64,000 bases of DNA from Tubiluchus corallicola (Eukaryota > Animalia > Priapulida): contig JAQGDQ010000098.1 of the NCBI GenBank assembly GCA_030141605.1, forward strand, positions 310,001 to 374,000, written 5' to 3'. The stretch's first letter is position 1. Each line of letters begins with the position of its first letter. The position numbers were made by a program, and so were the translations under genes. The notes beneath the pieces were generated by a model. It saw only the letters and a program-made list of their open reading frames with translations, was not told the DNA's origin and made no database searches. This document shows positions 1 through 12,090 of the stretch, in pieces.

Positions 1-36
1 GTGAAGAATCTGACTATGACATTTTTTTAATTTCAG

Positions 37-327
37 CTCCTTCTGCGCCAAATTTGGACGAGTTTTTGGTCTGCAACTTGACCAAAGTAACAATAAATTT
101 ATTAAGCTGGTCAGATAATGGTTGTCCCATTCATTCGTTTGATGTTACATGCAAGGTCAAAGGAGAAGATACTTGGAAAACTGTCGCTAATAGTATTCAA
201 CGGCCTTTTGATGTGTTTAAGTTTGCAGACCTGAGACGAAACACAGCTTACCTGTTACGAGTGACAGCCCACAATGAGGCAGGTAGTAATACGAGAATGT
301 ATGAGTTCACAACGACTGATCTTTCCA
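37..327 (+). CDS. Dscam: Dscam-family receptor, last fibronectin type III exon (gene begins upstream of window)
   Basis: tttcag acceptor at 35-36, a|gtaagt donor at 328. The translation (LLSWSDNGCPIHSFDV...YLLRVTAHNEAGS...YEFTT) matches the Dscam FNIII-6 pattern W.DGGCPI..F...Y.LRVTAHN.AG. Confidence 0.9.
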
Positions 328-469
328 GTAAGTTTCAAGTTTTACTGAATAACTAATTATCAAAGTTTTCTCGAGCTGTACGATTTTGTAGCGCCATTTG
401 CTCAAGTCTATTCTGCTAATCAGTATTCATTGTACATCGATTCACTGACCACTGTTGCTTAACACTGGA

Positions 470-1315
470 CACTAAACTTGCCTTAAACGATGACAGAATT
501 AGTTCATTTCTCGACTAAATTTCAAGGAAATTCTCTCGATCTCCCTCAATGTTTTGTAGAGATTAATAACGTCAGTGTGGGTCCTTCCGAAAATGTAAAA
601 AATCTCGGAGTAACGTTTAACGCTTTTTGTACTCTGTCAAACCACATAGCAATTTAGCCGGTCAGTTTCATTGGCATTGCGCAAAATTGGAAGAATCAGA
701 CATATGCTCAACAACCAAACAACTGAAAAACTCCTACATGCTTTCATAACATTGAAACTTGATTATTACAATAGTTTACTTTTTGGACTCCCGTAACATG
801 AAAATTGCAAACTCCAGCTAATTCAGAACTCTGTTGCTTGCTGCTCGTCTCATTACAAAACTGAAAAATGTGATCACGTTACACCTATTCTAAGAGGGTT
901 ACATTAGCTGCCGATAAAGTTCCGAACTCAATTTAAAAATCCTTGTATCATCTAGAAAATACTACATGGTTTGGCACCTGCCTGCATATCTTACTGATCT
1001 TTTGATACGTTTTAACATAGGCCGAACACTTTGCTGTAATGCAAATCAATAAATTAATTGAAATCAGCCAATTCCTCATACATATTCTATGGTGAACTTT
1101 TCCGTTTGTGCTCCGCATCTCTGGAATAACTCTGCAAATTCATTGGAATCTTTTTAACAACATCTTAAAACGCATTTGTTTAGATTATACTTTTGTGATG
1201 AAGTATTTTAATTATTTAATGTATTTTATGAATTTTTTAATGTATTTTAATGTTCAGCGCGCTGAGATTTTAAATGATGTAATGCCCTTTATATAAGAAA
1301 TTTGACGTTACATTA
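470..1315 (+). mobile_element. Decayed 3' end of an L2/CR1-group non-LTR retrotransposon
   Basis: Frameshifted translation gives VKNLGVTF, LRKIGRIRHML, LLHAFITLKLDYYNSLLFGLP, KLQLIQNS, DHVTPILRGLH.LPI, typical of the post-RT region. Ends with an L2-like tail (cagcgcgctgag...ctttatataag). Confidence 0.8.
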
Positions 1316-1649
1316 CCAAACGTTACTAAACGTGACTATTTGTTATTTTATTAACTTAAAAAAATAAATAAATAAGTAAATATAAATAATCAAATAGTTG
1401 CGCACTGTTTCCACTCCAGTTTCCACTGCTAAGCAACGCTTAGTCAGATCACTAAATTGATGGGACTGCCAGGAAAACTGTTGTAGATGATTTCAGCTAC
1501 CAAGTATTTTTCCATAAAGGAGAATGTGTACGCAACTGAGCATTACCGGTTTCTCATCTTTGGTGATGACACAGACATTTCAGTTTCTGAACTCGTGACA
1601 ATTTTGCTACAGCAAGCGTTTTAAGCTCATCTCTTTTTACATTTTTCAG

Positions 1650-1805
1650 AAATAAACACTGGAAAGAGTACTACAGCACTTTACAATGATCTAAGTTTCA
1701 TTTTGCCAGTTGGGCTGGGCCTGATCTTCCTTGCCTGTATGCTAATAATTATCATTATATGTATGAAACGCAGACAGTCTGCTCGTGATGCGTACTCCTA
1801 CAAAG
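1650..1805 (+). CDS. Dscam: Dscam transmembrane exon
   Basis: atttttcag acceptor, g|gtagg donor, phase 1/1. Encodes FILPVGLGLIFLACMLIIIIICM followed by the basic stop-transfer KRRQ. Confidence 0.88.
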
Positions 1806-2259
1806 GTAGGCGGTATTTCATATCCGTGGTTGTGTGTTTTCGTGACAATTATAGAAAAAAATGTCAAAATTTATTGACGCCATCTATGAATAAATAGGTG
1901 AATGTCAGGACGAAGGAATGAAAGGAAGTTTTCGGTTTTTAGCAGTTTTATTAGAAACGATTTTAAATTAGAAAGAGTACTACAGCACTTTACAATGATC
2001 TAAGTTTCATTTTGCCAGTTGGGCTGGGCCTGATCTTCCTTGCCTGTATGCTAATAATTATCATTATATGTATGAAACGCAGACAGTCTGCTCGTGATGC
2101 GTACTCCTACAAAGGTAGGCGGTATTTCATATCCGTGGTGTGTGTTTTCGTGACAATTATAGAAAAAAATGTCAAAATTTATTGACGCCATCTATGAATA
2201 AATAGGTGAATGTCAGGACGAAGGAATAAAAGGAAGTTTTCGGTTTTTAGCAGTTTTAT
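1662..2259 (+). repeat. Direct tandem duplication (period 309 bp) of most of the Dscam TM exon, its donor and downstream intron
   Basis: 1662-1951 and 1971-2259 are nearly identical. Visible differences are a 1-nt indel (gtggttgtgtg vs gtggtgtgtg) and gaatgaaagg vs gaataaaagg. Confidence 0.95.
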
Positions 2260-2684
2260 ATTCTTTAAGTGTCACTGTGTCAGACCTTAGTTTACCCGAA
2301 AGGTGCACGAAGTTATTTTAGTTTCGTGAAAAACATGTCGCGCATTAGTGTAAAAACACCCTATTCAGCATTAATATCACAGGTAAAATAAACGGTTTTA
2401 GTGGTGATTAATAGCCGCTTAGTAAACCACCTCTATGGCCGTTCATTTTACTTTTTTAATAACTAAGTAAAGCATGTGGAGCCACAGTCCACAACACAAC
2501 GTAATCACGGTCTCATGTTTGTCAATTATCAGTATTGTGCTGGTATTTCCCAACTGTAGGGCCTTTAGTTATTGTAATTGTAATGATGTAATTGTTGTTG
2601 TATTTACATGTATTGGCAAAAGTGCGTTAGAAAATACTGCCTTAAAATAAAATCTGTGTCAATTTATGCAGGCACTCCACAGTA

Positions 2685-2884
2685 TTATTGATAGAAGCAA
2701 CTTCTACAAAAAATTTTAAAACGTAAAATAATAAACGTTTAGACTGGACAACCTAGCAGTCATCTTTAGCGTGGTATACTCTACCACACTGAAGATGACT
2801 GCTAGGCTATGCAGTCGAAACCTTTGTCGCGTTTTTAGCATTTTATGTTTTAAAGTTTTTAATAAAAGTTTCTTCTTTCAATAA
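2685..2884. mobile_element. About 200 bp imperfect palindrome with a hammerhead-ribozyme core (Penelope-like inverted pLTR remnant)
   Basis: The arms are reverse complements (cctagcagtcatctttagcgtggta / taccacactgaagatgactgctagg). The right arm has CTGAAGA-t-GACTGC-loop-GCAGTC-GAAA-C..GTC at 2789-2828. Confidence 0.65.
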
Positions 2885-2916
2885 GATAAAAATCTATATA
2901 AATTTCTTCTTCCTAG

Positions 2917-3096
2917 AAAACAGTGAAGTAAATAAAATGGACATGGCTGCCAAAACCGCCCTCATGTCTGAGCATCCAGCCAGGCTCGAAGACCGTCCCT
3001 ACGTAGTTTCTTTATTAGATCAAAGTTCGGGCTTAGCAGATCGGCAATCCAGCCAGCGAGCCTGGCAGCAAATATCAGCCAGAGATTTCCTTCAAG
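2917..3096 (+). CDS. Dscam: Dscam cytoplasmic exon
   Basis: ttcttcctag acceptor, g|gtacg donor, phase 1/1, open frame ENSEVNKMDMAAK...FLQ. Confidence 0.75.
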
Positions 3097-3570
3097 GTAC
3101 GTGGATCAGCTTGTGGCCAGTTTGTTGATTCTTGGTAAAGTGCTTAGTAAAGTGTAAACTTGCTTAGATAATGTAAATGTTACTGATTTTGATTTTGTAA
3201 TTGAAAAGCAATGATTAGAATCAGTCTCAACAATTATTGTTTATATCGCCGTGTTAAGAAAACCCATCTACATCAAAAAGTTTCGAAGACTTTATCGACT
3301 TTCAACGGTGTTTAAACTTTACAACTATTTCGATAGATTATGATCACTAATATAAAAACACATTGTTAAAGCTAACATTAGGTTTTCTGTTGTAACTGTA
3401 AATGACGCTTCTTCTTTAATCTTGCGACAAACCGTACATTGTGACTGTCTACAATATGTGAACAATACCGACTTTACTGAAAGCGTTTATCTTATGATAA
3501 TCTACCCTAGCTAGAACCGCATGTAATATTCTTGAAATGAATGTTGTATAATTGCTATAATCCATCATAG

Positions 3571-3780
3571 ATCAACCAGTTAATGTTACGCCATACGCAA
3601 CTAGCGACATCTATCATCAAAAAACAATGCCAAGATACGATCTGCTAGACCCTATGCTACAATCCACTGACAGTTTTAATAACCGACAGAGCCATGCTTA
3701 TGAAAGCATTCGATCTTCATGGGGCCAAAATTCAGAATTGGATCCATCATTACAGCAAATTCAGCCGTATTCTACAGAAG
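3571..3780 (+). CDS. Dscam: Dscam cytoplasmic exon with PYAT motif
   Basis: catag acceptor, g|gtgtgt donor, phase 1/1. Encodes DQPVNVTPYATSDIY; PYAT is the conserved Dscam cytoplasmic motif. Confidence 0.82.
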
Positions 3781-4096
3781 GTGTGTATGTTCGTTGCGTT
3801 TACGCACGTTTTCATTACTCAAAATAAAATGCTGCATTTGAGTGTATGTTATAGATTAAGTCAAAACTTGTTGTGGTTTACGGGACAAGATGCATGTACA
3901 ATTGCGCAAACATTGTTTTCCACTAAAACTTAATGCTTTTTATGCTATTATTGGCATAAAATCGCATAATAGGGATTTTGAAGTATTGACATTAAACCTT
4001 ACTTTTTGTTTATACGTCATCCCTTTCAGCAATTTCTTTTTGGACTGCATTGAGGCATTCGACCTTGCTATTATATTAAACTACTCTACTGTTTAG

Positions 4097-4280
4097 TGCA
4101 TTTATTTACCGATGAGTTAGTGGAAATTTCTAATACTGTTTCAGAACAAGTCCCTGTATCAGACACGAAGTCGCCGCAGGTGAAACAAAATCGTTCTAAA
4201 ACGCCAAAAAAGCAAGTTCTTACGCCGTTACAACTACATCTACAAGAAGAACTGACGAAAACCACAAGACAATTACATGC
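4097..4280 (+). CDS. Dscam: Dscam cytoplasmic exon
   Basis: gtttag acceptor, gc|gtagg donor, phase 1/2, consistent with both flanking exons. Confidence 0.7.
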
Positions 4281-5614
4281 GTAGGTTTCCAACTGGGTGT
4301 ATCAACATAACTGCACAAGTTATTAAAGTAGTGTCTGTTATCTCATTTGCTTTGTTCGGTAGAGAATACTAGACTAGTTGATTCTGTGTGCTTTACTGTT
4401 TTTCCTTTTCTCCAATTCCGTATTTACATGTGGGACAAATGGACTAGAGCCCCTCGCAACCCAATGTTTCATTGTGTAAATATGAAACCCCATAATCTGA
4501 AAGAAGTCAAAGTGCCTATACTAGAATGGCTTAGCTCTTGAAAGACTTTCCTTTCAACATCTAGGTCATACACGTAGATTTCAGCTGACGAAGTCTGTGA
4601 AGCATGAAAGCTTCATTGAAAAGTAAAAAAACTGAGACTTAATGGGCACTTTGACATATTTGCGATTATAACCATGGCAAGTTTCCAGAAGAGCAGTATC
4701 TTACTTTCAAGCTAATGATACTACATATGTAGGTTTTGAAGTATCTTCGCTTATAACAATATAAACCGTTACAATTAATGTATGTATATTTGTATTGATT
4801 AATTTGAATGGCTTATTATTTCTTCTATTAGTTTTCTGTTTCAAATTTGTTATTCGTTTTTGGGCTTATTAGCTTTGGTTGAATTGTTAATGGTAGTTAC
4901 GAATGATTTCATTACTCTATTCATTTTTTATCGAATGCGTATTTTTCTTTGAAATTTTTCAATTTCATTCTTTTCTGCTTATAAAAATCTGACGTAACGT
5001 GGCCATGGAACTTAAACACTCACATAACATATTTTTTTATTAGTTTATTATTATTAATCCGCGCTCCACTAGCGACAAAGAACAATTAAAAGGAAAATTC
5101 ACATCATTCGTTTGTCAGGCTGTCTATTTATTTACTCTCACATTCATCTGCTGATTCATTCATACTTGTCTTTGATTTTTCGTTTGTTTGTATGCTCTTT
5201 CAATCGTTGCTTAGAAAAAGCTGCAACAAAAAAGACGCTGAGACCAGATTAGATGTCCTCAGCTTATAACTTGAACTCTGACTATTCACCTAGATGATGC
5301 ATCTACTGATTATATTTACTTGCTTTCAAAGCAACGAAATGTCACATTTACCAAGGCGAAAAACTACTACAGGCCCTGTATTTTAGACTAAATGAACTTT
5401 ACAGACTATTTAGTTCAAATCAATACTTATTGTAGTGTGAGGAAAAAATCGTATAACAACTTTTGGCTTTTTATTTGTCATGCATCAATTTTTCGCTAAA
5501 CAACTCTAACTCAATACATTGTTACATCAAAAAAAATGAACCGGATAACCGCATAGCCCCAGCTGCTTATCTATAAGTCTATGCTATACGTTGATGTTTA
5601 TTGTTTATTTCCAG

Positions 5615-5693
5615 GGATGCAGAAGATTCTCGATTTCAACAGGCAGAGGGCGCCAACACAGAGACTTACACAAGTGAATATACAATCGTGTAG
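5615..5693 (+). CDS. Dscam: Dscam terminal coding exon ending ...TSEYTIV* (class I PDZ-binding motif)
   Basis: tatttccag acceptor, phase 2. DAEDSRFQQAEGANTETYTSEYTIV-stop resembles the vertebrate DSCAM C-terminus YTLV. Confidence 0.8.
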
Positions 5694-8235
5694 GGACACT
5701 GTAGACGAACTAAACTACAATAATTTATTTAGCATAATTTCCATCATAATTACATAATGCTCAGTGTAAAACAGATAAATAGGGATTTCACCATTGTGCT
5801 TGTTTAATAGAGAGTAGGCCTACATTTAGGCCGATAGATAACAGTCACATTATATGGCTAACGAACATAATTTTGTGATTTACGTCTGTAGATATGAAAC
5901 AAGGATATTTATATATAAGTAATCAGTTTATCAATGTCGTAATTTGTTTTTTTACCATTCTTTACTGTGATATTATTGTCAAAAATAGTGTGCGCCTGTT
6001 TGCGTATAATAGTGTAAATTATGAGTTTAAGAAGTAATTTTCGAAATATTTGAGAGCCTGTTATGCATTTCAATAGATGAATCTTGTTAATATCAAAGTA
6101 ATTTGCATTTACTTTAAATTAGTGTTCTGACCTCAAGGCAATTGTTAAATATTTTGTACCGTAATCCCGGGCAAGCCAATGTTACTCGTGCCAATGTAAA
6201 AGCGTGAAAAAAGGAACAATTTTACTTTTCTAATTGGTTTAAGCAACTTTGGTAACTTGCTTGACAGTAATACAGTAATAACCAGTTTAATAACTTATAC
6301 GCAGTCAAACGTTTATTTGACTTTTGCACACATCCATAGCAACGATGCCTAACGGATAAGGGCAATAGAATTGCATGTACTTATTTGAGCATCGCGAGAC
6401 TTGGTAAGTAAATGGATGAGTCAAGAAGAATGCTTTTAATCTGGTGTTCTGCTTGCAGCAATTTGCCTCGCTGAGGGAGAATATACATGCACGAGCCAGT
6501 ATAATGTCAGATGTTAGAGGATTGACATTGGAATAAATATAGTCCAATCTTGCCACATCCACAGCACAATAAGCAGACTTGTCTTTAAGCGCCAAAGGTT
6601 GGTTTGCTGATTGGCAAACGTCATAAGATGAAGTATAATTAAAAGCATTTACAAGAGAGGAAGACCTTCAGGACGCCTTTGTTAGTACAGTAATTCTGTA
6701 CAGTACAGTAGTACAGATGTACTCCTACTCTGGCTCTCCAACTATACAGTTACGAAACTAACTGCGTCTCATTGAGCAGAAATAGAAGGAAACAACTCTT
6801 TCCTTAGATGCATGACGCTTGATTGGGGGAAAATTAGCAAAAAATAACTGTTACCAACGTCTGTGTTAGTACTTACTCGTGTTTTTATTATTGTAAAATA
6901 ATAAAACTTTCTTTATATGATCCAGCTATTATTGTATTGCATTTCTGACTACTGAATATTAATTCAGGGCAAATGTCAACATTGTAGAAATAATTGTCAC
7001 CTGCAGTCAGCGCATAATGCTTGTAGGTGTGCTTAGCTTGCATAACGAATCATGCGCAGTAACCGTGCGTGGGAGGCAACAACAGCATCAGCAGCGTGGA
7101 GATGCTCTACACCTGTTTCAATTTAAACAGATTGTGTGGATAGCACGGCCTGCAGCTTTGTATGATCATAAATAATACAGATGCAGTATAGTCTGCTGCT
7201 GCACGGCTAGGAGAAGCCAAGTCTAATGCCTCGTAAGCACAGTGACACAGGCGCAGCGTAATCCGACGCACCGTTGAATCTGCTTGGAAGAAAACTATTA
7301 AGAGAAGCTCTTATTCAGACGACCTGCACTGCTTCAGTGCGGATGAGTGATTACCCTGCAGTGTGCCTACGCCCATGTAGTTCTGATCTTTGCTGATATA
7401 CGAGTTGTTCTTGCAAAGTTATAGTGATGTAACAAATAGACAATGTGCCTAACCGAAGCGTACTTTTACTATGGTGTGCTAATCTAGGTGTAGATATATT
7501 GGTAGACATTCGAATTAACAAAACCGTGGTGTTTCTGTGGTTGTTCTCGTTGCGTGAATGCCCTAAGAAGCTTCAGTATCAAACTCGTGCGCTGGAAAAA
7601 ACGCGATCTTCCAGTGAAGGGTCCGGGTAACCTACATCGTCAGCAAACGTGTCCCTCTGATGTTCGATTTGCAGTCTACCAAAGCCCAATGTTTGTGATG
7701 TAGCAAAGTCTGGCACATTTCAAGCCACCTGAAGTGTGTCTTTAGTAATGAGTTGACAAGTCATACCAATGTAGTTCTGAAAGGTGTAGACTATATTTTT
7801 GCTATAGACCTGTAATACCTAGACTCCAGTTTTCCCTTGCTGTAGTTTCACGCGTTGACCGGTTTGAGGCTTGCAGGTAACAGACGAACTCATTTGATTG
7901 TCTTATGATAGCCTGCAGATCTTTTGTCCGTAGAGCTTGTGCTAATTGTAAATTGCTGAACACCCTGCAAAATCTTATATTAAAAGTTTGAGTAATCGTA
8001 ACTGTCAAAAATAAACGTCGTATCAGCAAAAGAAATAATAGCCATTTTTAAACGTCTCAGGAGATTAGAAACCTGTTCAAAGGCTTGCGATGATTTTACT
8101 ACGTATTTTAAAAGCGACAGAAGTCGTTCTGTGGCTTAGTAATGTCTAAAATGCATCACTGTGCAGCGACAGTACATCTATTCCTACAGTTCGCCGCGGA
8201 GGCTCAAATTACCAACTTGCTCTGATGAATTCGCC

Positions 8236-8719
8236 ATGGATTTGACTGTGAAACTTCCGGAACCAGTGGAAAGCGAAAGAACGGCATTTAACAAACCACA
8301 GGAACCCACTAGCCCAGCATCTCCTTCTTCCGGTCACCGCATCAAAGGAGGACGTTTCGATTTCAATGATGAGGGCACTTATTGCGGCGGTTGGGAGGAT
8401 GGCAAAGCCGAGGGACATGGAGTGTGCACCGGTCCGAAAGGAATGGGAGAGTACTCGGGGTCGTGGCACCTTGGTTTTGAAGTATCGGGCATTTATATCT
8501 GGCCCAACAAGGACACCTATGAGGGTCAGTGGAGTAAAGGCAGAAGGGATGGATTAGGCATTGAACACAAAGGCGTTTGGGTGTACAAAGGAGAGTGGAC
8601 AGGTGGATTAAAAGGCAGGTACGGTACCAGACAGAGTCTGACCTCAGGTGCTAAATACGAAGGAACGTGGGCGAACGGATTACAAGATGGATATGGAATG
8701 GAGACCTATGCCGACGGAG
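8236..8719 (+). CDS. JPH: Junctophilin coding exon 1 (MORN repeats 1 to start of 6)
   Basis: gccATGg start. [40 protein letters not shown] is the junctophilin signature. g|gtaaat donor, phase 1. Confidence 0.96.
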
Positions 8720-10692
8720 GTAAATATAGGATTCTTTTTAAAGCTATTAGCCGTGTTTTATAGTTACTAAAACATGTTGTTGTCTGCATTGTCCGTGTTT
8801 CGCCGTTTCCGTTGCATTAATCCTGTATTGTGTCTGTCTGGAATTTTCGCGCGTACTATCTTAGCTCATACAAACATATTTACTCAAAAATGTCACTACA
8901 TTTTTTAATTCTAACAATCGATCATTGATCCTTTGAATGCCGCTAATTTATAACGAAATTTTACCGCTTCTGACTAGACAAATTCACTGAGAATGACCTT
9001 AGCTAATGGTAATGCTACTGTGGTTTAACATGGGCTTATTGAAATTCAGTAGGACTCAGTAACAGTGATGGATTCTGGGTCTTTGGGGCGTGATTACAGT
9101 ATCTACTACAAGCCTTACTGACAGGTTATAACCCACATTCGTTTTCAAAGTAATTATAAAGCTGGGCTTTGTGAAGACTTTCTTTTGTTATTTTGGTTTT
9201 TATAATTTAAGTTTAAAAGTTGGATTCCATAAAGCAAACTTAAAAACAAGACAATTGTAATTATTTTAAGACATAGACAATGGTAGCAAGTCGTAGTTCT
9301 CCAATAGTCTCTATAATTACGATTCTCTTCTGCAAGTATTTTAAAGCTGTTCCTCCAAACCTTGTCCTGTTTCAACCATGTTATCTTTTTTTGTTTTTTT
9401 TCCTGAAGAGAAACGATTGACGTCGTTGTTTGAACGTCGTTTTTTCTTTTTCTCTTCTTTTTTGATTGTGGTATTTTTTAATTCGTTATCTCTGTTCATC
9501 TCATTAAGAATTAATTTGTGTTCTCATCAATCTATATTTGCTTTATTTCACTACATTTGCTACATTTGACAACATAAGCAAAATTCTATAGCAAAAGCTT
9601 GATAATTAAAATCATAAAATCAGACAATTATTCATATTGATGCCATTATGATGTTTAGTATATACGCCTTTCTAAAAACAGGCGAAGAATTATTTTGACG
9701 GTGATGTGTATTATCAACTCTCGATCATCAATGTACCGTCTCTCTCTTACTCAAAGCACAAACAGAAACGTAAATTTCTCTTCGTGCATGTGCAACAAAC
9801 GCTTAGCATTTTCCGCGAAGCCATGTACGAGGATGCAGAACTGGGTACCAGTTACTGGAAACCACTTCAGAGAACCTCAAATTAATGATCAAAAACCCTC
9901 TAAATGTTAAAACAACTTTCTATTCTAGTGAATTATTATAATTACCGACTTCGAATTTCTTTGTAATATCAAATTCATACTATTGCCAAAAGCTTAACTA
10001 TCTCTGCGGATTTGTAATCTTGGATCAGCACCGAAGAAGTATGTAATGTATGAAACAAGCTCAGCCATCTGTTCATGTTACTTAAATGCGCCGTCCTTAT
10101 TGATAATAATAATTCTACATTGCTTCCATGCAGAGCTGTAAGGTTGTGGCATTTGCTGCTGGGTTGCACGTCCTTGCGAGTAGTGTAATGATTTTAATAG
10201 GTTATTGAAACGTCATCATAAAATTGAAATTCATAGAATTTGGACGTTAACTTAGTATAGTAAAAATCGCTAAAATAATAATAACGGAAGTGATGGTGAG
10301 CCAGACTCCAGTCACATCCAGAACATCGGTTTCTGTAGGGTTTGTCGTTGAATGATAGATTCGGGCTTAGAGTGTGCCGAACCGTATAAAAATGCTGTAA
10401 ATCGAGAACTGATCAACACAAACTAACGAAGAACAACATTATGTTTCGAATAGCACAAACATTTCAACGTGTACAATTAAATGATAATTAATTCGCTTTC
10501 AATGTGCAATTGAAGTAATCATACTAGTGACAACAAATATTTGGTCAAGCACGTCTGAAAAAACACAAAACAAATTCTAATTTCTCCTAGTATGGTATTA
10601 TGAGGCCTCTACGATCTTGGCACCATTTTGAGCAACTACCCCATGTGCCCATGCCTTAAGAATACTCGACAATTTCACTTCGATATGATAGT

Positions 10693-10701
10693 GATGATGA
10701 A

Positions 10702-10752
<51 letters not shown>

Positions 10753-10832
10753 AAGGAGGAGGAGGAGGAGGAGGAGGAGGAGCAGGAGGAGGAGGAGGAG
10801 GAGGAGCAGGAGGAGGATTACGATGATGATCA
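10693..10832 (+). repeat. Compound trinucleotide microsatellite (GAT)n-(GAG)n
   Basis: Directly visible: about 19 GAT units followed by about 21 GAG/CAG units. Confidence 0.97.
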
Positions 10833-11989
10833 GGAAGATCACGACATGATTTAAAGATTTAGCTGACAATTGCCAATAACCATATGGAATGATAGCTCTG
10901 AATCGGTTTCTGAATGTTCTCATTTACTGAAAAAAACAGAAGAATGGCCATTAGAATCAATCGTAAGCCTCCAAACGTATCCTTTTATTTGATTTTTTAA
11001 GTTATGCACGTCTATACAGCTGTCTTGTATGTACTTTTGAGAATCAATTTTTGCTTCCTTAATCTCACTTTTTGGTAAATTGTTCATTTACCCCTTACAA
11101 TTTTTGAGAGTTTTTCCAAGATGTACAGTTATATAGACAAATTTCAAGTTTTGCTCTTAAATTATCACTAGGTTATAACAGAAATCAGTTTGTTCAGTAA
11201 GCTAATTATTATTTGTGTAATTTATACTCGCTTGTTAATCGTTATGCAATATTTCAGCTGATAATTGTTGAACAAAGGCTCTTCTGAGCTAGTGCGTTTA
11301 TTCCATTATAATTGACATTTAATAAAATTTCTTCCCTCATTTTATCCTATCTTATTAATTAGATGAACTAAATTCAAGTCGTTGACTCAGTTTTACTATA
11401 AATTGAGAGGGCGTGGCAACTGTAATATTGTTTTCAGTGTCACTCCTACATTAGTTATGCGAAAAACTTAACATTACTGAAAATTGCTTGCTTGGGTAGA
11501 TTATCAAGTAAAACGGTCATACTGTCACTTTTTCACGCACGGATATAAATTTTGCAACGGCTTTAAGTGGTTACTCTACTCAAGCTTTGCATTTGGCGAT
11601 CTGCATGTATTTTTAAATTTAATGGCTTTACTTAACGTGCATGAAAAATATTATTGTAAGGACGTTTTATCGATAGAACTTGTCCTCAAATGCAGAGTCC
11701 GTTTTGAAATAATTCATGGATCACGGATGATTAATCACAAGTTTTGGCTGCACCGTGAAGAAGAATAGATGAGTGCTTAGCAAACGCACAGCACTGAGCC
11801 TGGTTAGTAAATGGACTGATGACTGCTATGAAAATCCTTCTGGGTAATTTCACCTTCCTGCCCATTATATTTCTTGTTGGAGATGAATGGGTATAAGAAA
11901 CGCATTTAAGATAGCAATATATTTATCTATAATAAGCCCTTTCATGACTTAGTCCTGAAGTAAATAACTTCAATAAATAACTTAATAAC

Positions 11990-12090
11990 AACAATATTTT
12001 TAAATCTTTGTCTGACTTGGCCGAGAATTGAACATATGACCTCACAGGTAGGAACCGAGCACACTAGCGATGAGAACTACCACCCCTCGT
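11990..12090 (-). mobile_element. tRNA-derived SINE head (decayed)
   Basis: Minus strand reads ..gctagtgtgctcgg..gaggtcatatgttcaattctcggccaagtcagac, with A-box and B-box-like motifs. Confidence 0.45.

Noticed and set aside
8161-8235. GTG-initiated N-terminal extension of junctophilin
   Set aside because: A prokaryote-style ORF call; the Kozak-context ATG is at 8236 and an acceptor lies at 8189.
10628-10923. Poly-M/poly-R and poly-L/poly-I ORFs
   Set aside because: They are just translations of the (GAT)n(GAG)n microsatellite.
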